Virus record (IMG/VR): IMGVR_UViG_3300019784_004171
Coordinates: 1 to 24,171 of that record
Reading direction: 5' to 3' (one strand)
Length of the DNA stretch: 24,171 bases
DNA from: a virus
Lineage: Duplodnaviria; Caudoviricetes
Shown here in pieces: positions 16,392 to 24,171 of the stretch. The notes under the pieces were generated by a model. That model was not told the DNA's origin, did no database searches, and saw only the letters and a program-made list of their open reading frames with translations. The translations under genes were made by a program, and so were the position numbers. Within the stretch, counting starts at the first letter, position 1, and every line of letters starts with the position of its first letter.

Positions 16392-17960
16392 ATGAAAAAA
16401 CAAAAATATAAATTCGAAACAACTTTTGCTAATATTAAAATCCGTCCAGTAGTAAGCGAAGAGAAAGACAAATATCTTTCTATAGCATCACTCGAAAAAT
16501 TAAGAAAATTTTTGCCAGAAATTAATACAGAAGATAATGTAGATCTTCTACCAGTAGCTTTTGATGCATGTGTTGTAAATAGAGTAAATAAGAACGGCGA
16601 TGTTATTGATGGAGAAACAGCAGCAAGGATTGCTAAAAATTTTATTAATAAACCAATTAATGTTGAACATAACCGTAAGCAAGTTATTGGATGTATATTA
16701 TCTGCTAGTTTTAGTCAATTTGGAAATAATGAAAGTCTAACAGAAGAAAATGTTAAAGATATAAAAACTCCATTTAATATCACTTTAGGAGGAGTTATAT
16801 GGAAAGTTGTTGATCGTGATCTAGCTGAACAAATAGAAGAAAGTAATGATCCAACTAGCGAAAATTATATGTCTATATCAGCATCTTGGGAACTCGGATT
16901 TAATGATTATAATATTGTAATATTAGATGAAAATGAAAAAAATATAGAAAATGCTAAAATCATTACAGATGCTAGTGAAATTAAAAAATTAGAAAATAGT
17001 TTAAGAGGCTTGGGCGGAACAGGCAAATTAAATAATAATAAATATGTATACCGTCAAGTTTCAGGTAAAGTTGTTCCATTAGGAGTAGGATTTACATTAA
17101 ATCCAGCAGCAGATGTACAAGGAATAGCTACCCAAGAAGAAGACCAAACAGAAATAAAACTTAAAAATAATGAAAGTTCAGAGATTATTAATGAAATTAT
17201 CGATGAAACTATTCAAGAAGCGGCCTTGGCCAAAGAAAATAATATTTCCCATGAGGAAAAATTAGATGTAAAAAAAGAGAGGATATATATGAAAATAACC
17301 AAAATTGAAGATATTACTGATTCCCTACTTAAAGAAGCTACAGCTAGTTCTGTAGTTGAATTTATTGCAGAGGAAATCAAAAAAGCTAACGAAACATTCG
17401 TTGCAGAAAAAACTGAAAAAGAAAATGAGCTTAAAGCTGCAAATGAAAAAATCTCTACAGTAACTGCAGAGCATGAAGTAGTTAAAAAACAAGTAGAAGA
17501 ATTAAATCAAAAATTAGCTACTATAGAAGCTGAAAAACTTGCTAAAGCTCAAGAAGAAGCATTTAATATGAGAATGGCTTCTTTCGATGAAGAGTTCGAT
17601 CTCAGTGATGAAGATCGTAAAGTTATTGCTTCAGATATTAAAGATTTAAATGAAGAGGCTTTCTCTGCTTACAAAAATAAAATGGCTGTTCTTATGAAAG
17701 AAAAAAATAAGGCTGCTAAAAAAGCAAAAATGGCCAAAGAAGAAGAGATGAAAGCTTCAGTAACTTCAGCAGAAGTAAAAGCTTCTACAGAAGTTGCACA
17801 AGAAATTTCAACAACCCAAGAGGTTGTCGAACAAGCTGTTGATAATGGATCAAAAGCTTCAATTGAAATTCCAAATTCAGCCCCAGCCGCACAGCCAAGC
17901 GTAAAAGAAAAATACGCATCAGCCTTCGGTTTGGATGGATTTGAATTAACAAATAAATAA
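16392..17960 (+). CDS. Prohead maturation protease fused to scaffold
   Basis: N-terminal NKNGDVID...KPINVEH...SASWE protease-like motifs; C-terminal Glu/Lys/Ala coiled coil; upstream of decoration and capsid genes. Confidence 0.8.
   Translation: MKKQKYKFETTFANIKIRPVVSEEKDKYLSIASLEKLRKFLPEINTEDNVDLLPVAFDACVVNRVNKNGDVIDGETAARIAKNFINKPINVEHNRKQVIGCILSASFSQFGNNESLTEENVKDIKTPFNITLGGVIWKVVDRDLAEQIEESNDPTSENYMSISASWELGFNDYNIVILDENEKNIENAKIITDASEIKKLENSLRGLGGTGKLNNNKYVYRQVSGKVVPLGVGFTLNPAADVQGIATQEEDQTEIKLKNNESSEIINEIIDETIQEAALAKENNISHEEKLDVKKERIYMKITKIEDITDSLLKEATASSVVEFIAEEIKKANETFVAEKTEKENELKAANEKISTVTAEHEVVKKQVEELNQKLATIEAEKLAKAQEEAFNMRMASFDEEFDLSDEDRKVIASDIKDLNEEAFSAYKNKMAVLMKEKNKAAKKAKMAKEEEMKASVTSAEVKASTEVAQEISTTQEVVEQAVDNGSKASIEIPNSAPAAQPSVKEKYASAFGLDGFELTNK
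17289..17960 (+). CDS. Nested in-frame scaffold protein (internal start Met300)
   Basis: GAGAGGA (17277-17283) Shine-Dalgarno 5 nt before an in-frame ATG at the start of the coiled-coil region. Confidence 0.6.
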   Translation: MKITKIEDITDSLLKEATASSVVEFIAEEIKKANETFVAEKTEKENELKAANEKISTVTAEHEVVKKQVEELNQKLATIEAEKLAKAQEEAFNMRMASFDEEFDLSDEDRKVIASDIKDLNEEAFSAYKNKMAVLMKEKNKAAKKAKMAKEEEMKASVTSAEVKASTEVAQEISTTQEVVEQAVDNGSKASIEIPNSAPAAQPSVKEKYASAFGLDGFELTNK

Positions 17961-17972
17961 GGAGATAAATAT

Positions 17973-18527
17973 ATGGCATACAATCTAAAACCATTTAGAG
18001 ATTACAGCGAACACGACGTTGTTAACCTCTTTTCCTTTAGCGGAGACAGCACACTAGTTGTAAAAGGTCTCGCAGTTAAAGTAATGGCCCCAGGATTCAA
18101 TCCTGGCATCACAAACGTTTCCCCAACAGAATTCATTGGTAATGTTGGTGGAAATTTCGGATCTAATATTGTTTCACAAAGATATGGCGTTTCTGCTAAA
18201 GTAGCTGTTGCTGCTTCTGGCGAAGCAGTTCTTGGTTTAACACTTATGGATGTCCGTGAAACAGACGAAAATGGTGAAAAACTAATTTTCAATCCACGTA
18301 AAGCCGCAGAGATGGGCGTAGTAGTCAGTGGTCAAGCTGTACCAGTTCTTACAAAAGGACTTGTTATGTATAGCGGAACAGCTGCTACCGCAGGTCACGT
18401 AGCTTACGTAGGTGCAACAGCTGGAGAATTAGCCTCCGCAGCAACTCTACCTGCTAACGCAGTTAAAGTTGGCAGATGGCTAAGTACATCTGTTCAACAA
18501 GTCGCTCTTCTCAAAATTGAGCTGTAA
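17973..18527 (+). CDS. Head decoration/cement protein
   Basis: 184 aa Ala/Gly/Val-rich, strong AAGGAG RBS, between scaffold and capsid genes; GQAVPVLTKG..G..AYV pattern. Confidence 0.7.
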   Translation: MAYNLKPFRDYSEHDVVNLFSFSGDSTLVVKGLAVKVMAPGFNPGITNVSPTEFIGNVGGNFGSNIVSQRYGVSAKVAVAASGEAVLGLTLMDVRETDENGEKLIFNPRKAAEMGVVVSGQAVPVLTKGLVMYSGTAATAGHVAYVGATAGELASAATLPANAVKVGRWLSTSVQQVALLKIEL

Positions 18528-18550
18528 TCTTATAAAGGAGAAAATTTAAA

Positions 18551-19591
18551 ATGAAATTAAGATTAAAAAACACCCCAGAACAAATCGAGCTTGTAAAAGC
18601 TATGGGAAGTCGCGAAGGTTCAGTTGCTAAAGAAGCAACCGAAGCTTTTGCAGCTTTCATTGGCCCAGTAGTAAATAAAGTACTAATGCAAGCCGCAACA
18701 GCATCTGCTATTTATACAGATCTCGCTTTTGACGAAGATGATAGTCCCTCTATCCCACTCGATCTTTATAATGAAGGTCAAGGATATGTTACAACTTGGA
18801 GTCAAAGTGTAGCAGGTGGTCTTCCAACTTCAACAGTTGAAGGTCTAAGTGAAATGAAACTAGCTACCTATCGTTTAGATAGCGCAGTTAGCTTCCTAAA
18901 ACGCTATGCTCGCCGTGGTCGTTTAGATGTAGTTAGCAAAGCAGTAGAGCGCATGAGCAATGAAGTTCTTGTAAAACAAGAGCGTAATGCTTGGGCAGTT
19001 CTTCTAAAAAGTTTAGGTGAAAGTGGTAATGTAATTGATGTTAATGAAACAACAGTTGCTTTCACACTTAATCATTTGAATAGACTAATCACAGCAATGA
19101 AAAGAAAGAATACTTCTTATGCTGGTGGTTCTACAACTGATGCTTATAGCCTAACAGATCTATTTGTTAGTCCAGAAGTTAAGCAAGATATCCGTTCTTT
19201 TGCTTACAACGCTGTTACTAATACAAGTACAGATCTTCCAGCTGGTGCTCGTGAAGAAATCTATCGTGGTGGTGGTACCCAAGAAATCTATGGTGTCACA
19301 ATTCATGATCTCGTTGAACTTGGTAAAACACAAAAATACCAAACTCTATTCAGCGAATTCTACAGCAGCAATTGGAATGCTACTAATAACGAACTTGTTA
19401 TTGGTTTGGATTTAACAAAAGACGCTTTTGTTCGTCCAGTAGCTCGTCAAGCCGAATCAGGTGGCACATTCTCAGCTATCCCAGACGATCAATTCTTGGC
19501 TCGCGCAGACAAGATTGGTTTCTACGGATTCCTAGAAGAAGGCCGCGCCTGTATCGACGCTCGCGCAGTCTCAGCAGTTAACATTTACTAA
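18551..19591 (+). CDS. Major capsid protein (HK97 fold)
   Basis: 346 aa, AAGGAG RBS, high-expression codon bias, position after protease and decoration genes, followed by a strong terminator; LFVSPE, IYGVTI and KIGFYGFLEEG patterns. Confidence 0.85.
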   Translation: MKLRLKNTPEQIELVKAMGSREGSVAKEATEAFAAFIGPVVNKVLMQAATASAIYTDLAFDEDDSPSIPLDLYNEGQGYVTTWSQSVAGGLPTSTVEGLSEMKLATYRLDSAVSFLKRYARRGRLDVVSKAVERMSNEVLVKQERNAWAVLLKSLGESGNVIDVNETTVAFTLNHLNRLITAMKRKNTSYAGGSTTDAYSLTDLFVSPEVKQDIRSFAYNAVTNTSTDLPAGAREEIYRGGGTQEIYGVTIHDLVELGKTQKYQTLFSEFYSSNWNATNNELVIGLDLTKDAFVRPVARQAESGGTFSAIPDDQFLARADKIGFYGFLEEGRACIDARAVSAVNIY

Positions 19592-19613
19592 AGATTAGTA
19601 AATTAAAAATCAA

Positions 19614-19652
19614 GGAGGCCCCTCAATTAAGTTTGAGGGGTCTTCTTTTTTT
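19614..19652 (+). terminator. Intrinsic terminator after major capsid gene
   Basis: GGAGGCCCCTCAA-TTAAGT-TTGAGGGGTCTTC 13-bp stem followed by a T-run. Confidence 0.88.
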
Positions 19653-19680
19653 AGACTTAATTACAAGTTTCATATATAAT
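19652..19680 (+). promoter_or_regulatory. Host sigma70-type promoter
   Basis: TAGACT (19652-19657), 17-nt spacer, TATAAT (19675-19680); AGGAGA RBS downstream. Confidence 0.55.
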
Positions 19681-19697
19681 CTAGAATAGGAGAATAT

Positions 19698-20033
19698 ATG
19701 GCTAAAAAATCAAAACTCGATAATTTAAATCAAATTCATGGTAAAATTGAAACACCATTAACATTAAACCAAGTATGGGGAGATGATGGCTCATCTAAAT
19801 ACGGCACTTTAGATCTAGGTAAATATACAGAATATTTAAATAACTTAAATAAAAGTGATCTACAAACTCATGCAGTTAAAATTGGACTTATACCAGTAGA
19901 TGACAGAACTAGTTTGATCAAAAGATTAAAAGTAGAATTTAATAAATTTTCTTCTCAATTCAAAGCAAGACCAGTTGCAAAGAATGGTAAAATTTCCAAA
20001 TCTGCAAAAGATATTCTTTCAGAAGGTCGTTAA
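19698..20033 (+). CDS. Small basic hypothetical protein, possible helix-extension-helix (Rho-N/SAP-like) motif
   Basis: 111 aa, RBS present; LNNLNKSDLQTHAVKIGL...DRTSLIKRL pattern. Confidence 0.6.
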   Translation: MAKKSKLDNLNQIHGKIETPLTLNQVWGDDGSSKYGTLDLGKYTEYLNNLNKSDLQTHAVKIGLIPVDDRTSLIKRLKVEFNKFSSQFKARPVAKNGKISKSAKDILSEGR

Positions 20034-20141
20034 TTTAATATTTTAAAATTCATGCAATTTTGCATGAGTTACGTTAAATGTGAGTAAAAATATTTTTATT
20101 CGCGTTAAATTCTTATAATTAATTCATTTTATTTATATATC

Positions 20142-20148
20142 GTGTAAT
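20142..20148 (+). promoter_or_regulatory. GTGTAAT putative late promoter motif
   Basis: GTGTAA hexamer ends 9 nt before the ATG at 20157. Confidence 0.6.
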
Positions 20149-20156
20149 TAAATTAT

Positions 20157-20501
20157 ATGGCTACATATTACAATATAACTGGTTATCAAGGCGACTATAT
20201 TCAATTAACTTTAAATATAAAAGATAGTTCTGGAACTGCAATTAATTTAGATGGATACGCAATACGAGGTCAAGTTCGACCAAGTTATGGATGGTCTGGA
20301 GTTTTATTAGATTTAAATCCATCAATTACAACTAGTGCTAGTGGTATTGCAAAAATTAATATTAATTCTTATATATCAGAATACATCCCAGTTGGAGAAC
20401 ACCTTTATGATATTGAAAGATATCCATTTGGGCTTCCAACAGGAAATAGTATTAAATTATTGCGAGGAAAATTTTCAATTTTACCAGAAGTAACGAGATA
20501 A
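20157..20501 (+). CDS. Virion Ig-like beta-sandwich protein (BppU N-terminal-like; fibre adaptor)
   Basis: QGDYIQLTLNIKDSSGTAINLDGY..RGQVR...YDIE...LLRGKFSILPEVTR pattern typical of phage fibre attachment proteins. Confidence 0.7.
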   Translation: MATYYNITGYQGDYIQLTLNIKDSSGTAINLDGYAIRGQVRPSYGWSGVLLDLNPSITTSASGIAKININSYISEYIPVGEHLYDIERYPFGLPTGNSIKLLRGKFSILPEVTR

Positions 20502-20505
20502 AATT

Positions 20506-23500
20506 ATGGCAGATATAAATGTTGATGTTATTTTGCCAGAACCAATATCTGTTGATGTAAGCTCTCCAACGCAAGCATTAAATGCAAGTATCTTCGTAGC
20601 AGGGCCTGAAGGTCCAAGAGGGCCAAGAGGGTATAACGCTCAATTAAATAATTTAACTGGAGATTTTTTATATATAAGTGGTAGAGATGGAATTTCTGTA
20701 TCTGATAATCGAGTTGATACAATTTATATTTCTGGAAATAGTGGTTATTTTCAATTACAAATAAATACATTAACATCTAATTTAAATTTAACTGGGGCTA
20801 ATTTAAATAATAATATTTCTGCAGTAAGTGGTGTTCTTCAAAATACAATTAATGATTTAAATAATAATTACGCAACAGATTTTGAATTAAGCGGAAGCGG
20901 AGATATACTTAATTTAAAAATTAATTCATTGAGTGGATTTTGTATTGGTAATTTTGCTACAATTTTAAATTTAAATTCTACTGGAAGTATATTAGATAAT
21001 AAAATTAACTTATTAAGTGGATATAGTAATAATGCTTTTGCAACGATTACAAATTTATATACTACTGGAAACGAATTAAGCAATCGCGTTTATATTACTG
21101 GAAGCGAATTAAGCAATCGCGTTTATATTACTGGAAGCGAATTAAGCAATCGCGTTTATATTACTGGAAGCGAATTAAGTAATAGTATTAATTCTTTAAA
21201 TACTAATATCAATTCATTAAGTGGAAATTTAACAGGAAATTATGTTACAAAAAATAATGGACAATTTTTAAATAGACCAACATTAAATGGAACTGGATTT
21301 CTTTTAAGTGGAGAAGCTGGACTATTACCAAATACAATAGTTTATACAACTGGTCGTCAAGACATCTCAGGTATTAAAACATTTACTGATGGAATCACAA
21401 TTGGCGATGATATTACTCCAATTTTCCTAGAAATAAGTGGAAATGCTTTAAAGGTATATGGCAGTGGAAATTTTTCTGATGGTTTATTTGTAAAAAATAT
21501 CCCTGTAGTGACGGGTTATGAATTTCTATCTTCTTATGCGACTAATACAAATCTTGCCCTAACTGGAAGTACTTTGAACAATAAGATTAATTCGTTAAGT
21601 GGAAACTTGACTTCCACTTATGCTACGATTACTAATCTTGCAAGTACGGGTAGTACTTTGGACAACAAGATTGGTTCATTAAGCGGAAACTTGACTTCTA
21701 CTTACGCTACGATTACTAATCTTGCAAGTACGGGTAGTACTTTAGACAACAAGATTAATTCGTTAAGTGGAAACTTGACTTCGACTTACTCTACGATTAC
21801 TAATGTTGCATCTACTGGAAGTACTTTAGACAACAAGATTAATTCGTTAAGCGGAAACTTGACTTCTACTTATGCTACGATCACTAACCTTGCATCTACT
21901 GGAAGTACGTTAGACAACAAGATTAATTCGTTAAGCGGTTATTCTGCATCTGCCGCTAATCTTATTTCTACTGGATCCGCTTTGCATATTAATATTAACT
22001 CTTTGAGTGGATTATTTACAGGGTATACAGGAACTCTAGACGCTACATTTGCAAGTGATTCTCAATTATTTAATACTGGTTCAACTTTAGATAATAAGAT
22101 AAATTCACTTAGCGGAGTTTCAGTATTGACTTATGGTAATCAAAATATATCTGGAACAAAAAATTTTATTGATAACGTTAACTTTTCTGGAACTGGCACG
22201 TTTAATGCGATTGATTTAAATAATATTGATAATCTTTCGCTTTCTGGCGTAGACGTTACTATTACTAATTCAAATGTAAGTGTTTATGGCAGATTGTCAG
22301 TTTCTGGTGTTCCAGTTTTAACTGGAGTGGATTTAAGTTCATATGCGACAAAAATAAATTTAGCTTCTACTGGTAGTACTTTAAGTAATAATATTAACAG
22401 TTTAAGTGGATTGTTTACTGGTTACACTGGTTCTTTAGATAATTTATACGCAACAGATTCTCAATTATTTACTACTGGAAGTACTTTAGATAACAAGATA
22501 AATTCACTTAGCGGCAGTTCAGTTTTACTTTATGGAGATCAAAGCATTGGCGGAGTTAAAACTTTTAGAGATAATGTTTATATTAATAATCTTTTTGTTA
22601 CTGGAACTGAAACTATAGTTAGTACAAATAATTTTAGCGTTCAAAGTCCTTATTTACTTTTAAATCTTACTGGTGGAGCAGTTGATGGTGGAATATTCTT
22701 TGTTACTGGAAGTGGATTAACTGGAATAAATAATAGTGGTCCAATTATTGGTTTTGATCACTCTAATAAATTTAAATTTGGAGTTAGTACCAGAAATAGC
22801 GACCTTTCGACTTTACCTGATATAGCATCATTTCAAGATATTACTGCTTATAGCGGTTTTGTTGATGGCAAGTACTCAACCATAACAAATCTCGCTTCGA
22901 CTGGAAGTACGTTAGTTACAAATTTAGCCAACACAGGTTCAACCCTACAAACAAATATAAATAATCTTAGCAACACTTATGCTACCATAACAAATCTCGG
23001 TTTAACTGGAAGTACTTTAGCCACTAACCTTGCTAATACTGGCTCAACACTTCAAACTAATATAAACAATCTTAGCGGCTATGTTAATTCTTCATCTAGT
23101 AATATAGTATTTACAACTGGGGACCAAACTATTAGTGGAAATAAAACTCTTGTTGGAAAAATAATTATTAGTGGATCAAATAATGGTGAATTTATTGGAG
23201 AAGAAATCAGATTAGTTGGTGGAAGTGGCGTAGGTTTTGGAGGAGGTATTAGTTTAAATGGTGGAATTGGTGGAATTGGAAAAGGTGCAATCTATGTTGA
23301 CGGTAATATTAGCATAAATAGAGGTTCAAATGTAAATAATGGTACGGAATTTTATAAAAGTGGAGATGCTGGAACTCCTTATTTAAATATAACAAAAGAT
23401 CAAATAGAAATAAAAAATGGAGCAACTTTACTTGTAAGTGGAATACCAGTAACTCCAAGTCTTTATGCTACTATAACTAACCTAGCTTCAACTGGATCTA

Positions 23501-24171
23501 CATTAGATAGTAAAATAAACAATTTAAGTGGATACGTTACTGGAACGAACTCAACTTTTACCACGAATCTAGCTTCTACTGGATCGACTTTAAACACAAA
23601 AATAAATAATCTAAGCGGCTATATAAATTCCTCAAGCAGTAATATCGTTTTCACAACAGGAAATCAAACTATCTCTGGAACTAAAACTTTTATACAAGAT
23701 ACAACATTTGGTGATTCGGCACAAGGTGACTTTTTAGTTATTTCTGGTAATAATTTCACAGTTTATGGAAGCGGTAATTTTACTAGTGGACTTTTTGTTA
23801 ATGGCAATGCAGTATTGACTGGAGTCAATTTAAGTTCCTACGCAACAACAGCTAACCTCGTTTCAACTGGATCAACTTTAACGACTAGTATTAATTCACT
23901 TAGCGGAACTCTTACTGGAAATTACGCTACAATCTTAAATCTTGCATCTACTGGAAGTACGTTAGCTACAAATATTGCAAATACTGGCTCTACTTTAAAT
24001 ACCAGAATAAACAATCTTAGTGGTTATATAAATTCAACATCTAGCAATATTGTTTTCACAACAGGAAATCAAACAATATCTGGAGTTAAAACTTTTGCAA
24101 CTGGAGTAAATATTAGTGGTCACGTGGGTATTGGTATTGATAGTAATAATAATTTTAACTTGTATGTTAGA
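20506..24171 (+). CDS. Long repeat-rich fibre protein (tail or head fibre), truncated by window end; missing from ORF track
   Basis: Starts MADINVDVILPEP..., short collagen-like GPEGPRGPRG, open in frame 1 wherever I checked, ending ...HVGIGIDSNNNFNLYVR (at least 1222 aa); many TGSTLxNKINSLSG and TGxQTISGxKTF repeats. Confidence 0.85.
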   Translation, partial: MADINVDVILPEPISVDVSSPTQALNASIFVAGPEGPRGPRGYNAQLNNLTGDFLYISGRDGISVSDNRVDTIYISGNSGYFQLQINTLTSNLNLTGANLNNNISAVSGVLQNTINDLNNNYATDFELSGSGDILNLKINSLSGFCIGNFATILNLNSTGSILDNKINLLSGYSNNAFATITNLYTTGNELSNRVYITGSELSNRVYITGSELSNRVYITGSELSNSINSLNTNINSLSGNLTGNYVTKNNGQFLNRPTLNGTGFLLSGEAGLLPNTIVYTTGRQDISGIKTFTDGITIGDDITPIFLEISGNALKVYGSGNFSDGLFVKNIPVVTGYEFLSSYATNTNLALTGSTLNNKINSLSGNLTSTYATITNLASTGSTLDNKIGSLSGNLTSTYATITNLASTGSTLDNKINSLSGNLTSTYSTITNVASTGSTLDNKINSLSGNLTSTYATITNLASTGSTLDNKINSLSGYSASAANLISTGSALHININSLSGLFTGYTGTLDATFASDSQLFNTGSTLDNKINSLSGVSVLTYGNQNISGTKNFIDNVNFSGTGTFNAIDLNNIDNLSLSGVDVTITNSNVSVYGRLSVSGVPVLTGVDLSSYATKINLASTGSTLSNNINSLSGLFTGYTGSLDNLYATDSQLFTTGSTLDNKINSLSGSSVLLYGDQSIGGVKTFRDNVYINNLFVTGTETIVSTNNFSVQSPYLLLNLTGGAVDGGIFFVTGSGLTGINNSGPIIGFDHSNKFKFGVSTRNSDLSTLPDIASFQDITAYSGFVDGKYSTITNLASTGSTLVTNLANTGSTLQTNINNLSNTYATITNLGLTGSTLATNLANTGSTLQTNINNLSGYVNSSSSNIVFTTGDQTISGNKTLVGKIIISGSNNGEFIGEEIRLVGGSGVGFGGGISLNGGIGGIGKGAIYVDGNISINRGSNVNNGTEFYKSGDAGTPYLNITKDQIEIKNGATLLVSGIPVTPSLYATITNLASTGSTLDSKINNLSGYVTGTNSTFTTNLASTGSTLNTKINNLSGYINSSSSNIVFTTGNQTISGTKTFIQDTTFGDSAQGDFLVISGNNFTVYGSGNFTSGLFVNGNAVLTGVNLSSYATTANLVSTGSTLTTSINSLSGTLTGNYATILNLASTGSTLATNIANTGSTLNTRINNLSGYINSTSSNIVFTTGNQTISGVKTFATGVNISGHVGIGIDSNNNFNLYVR
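21064..21183 (+). repeat. 33-bp in-frame tandem repeat (about 3.6 copies; TGSELSNRVYI)
   Basis: ACTGGAAGCGAATTAAGCAATCGCGTTTATATT units start at 21064, 21097, 21130 and 21163. Confidence 0.95.
21562..21939 (+). repeat. 84-bp in-frame tandem repeat (about 4.5 copies; 28-aa unit)
   Basis: TGSTLDNKINSLSGNLTSTYATITNLAS units start at 21562, 21646, 21730, 21814 and 21898. Confidence 0.93.

Noticed and set aside
232-21083. All minus-strand ORFs in the track and the + ORF 19164-19415
   Set aside because: Short shadows overlapping well-supported + strand genes, with no recognisable motifs.
21064-21183. CRISPR-like 33-bp repeats
   Set aside because: Head-to-tail with no spacers, a multiple of 3, inside an open frame, and no cas genes.
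20506-24171. Diversity-generating retroelement target
   Set aside because: No reverse transcriptase or adenine-specific TR/VR pair is visible; repeat differences are mostly synonymous.

Overview
An AT-rich window from a large tailed dsDNA phage (Caudoviricetes), with all credible genes on the + strand in the standard code. Gene order: 3' part of a large virion protein gene, two paralogous small Cys/Pro-rich membrane peptides, Zn-ribbon protein, phage sigma70-family factor, conserved hypothetical, ERCC4-type nuclease, terminase large subunit, portal, lysis cassette (holin, lipoprotein, overlapping spanin-like pair, lysozyme-like endolysin, implying a Gram-negative host), LamG-like protein, protease/scaffold, head decoration protein, major capsid protein, and a long repeat-rich fibre gene that runs off the end. 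The most striking signal is in the first 236 nt. There the 3' half of a group I intron (P8, J8/7-P7 AAGATATAGTCC, P9, P9.1) is followed by about 110 nt that resemble a TnpB omegaRNA/IS200-IS605 right end, with no tnpA or tnpB in view. Splicing at G236 would put the 909-aa ORF in frame as a 3' exon, suggesting a minimal IStron-like element in a phage structural gene. A recurring GTGTAA(T) motif before the late genes is a candidate promoter for the phage sigma factor. All calls come from reading motifs by eye; no searches were run.
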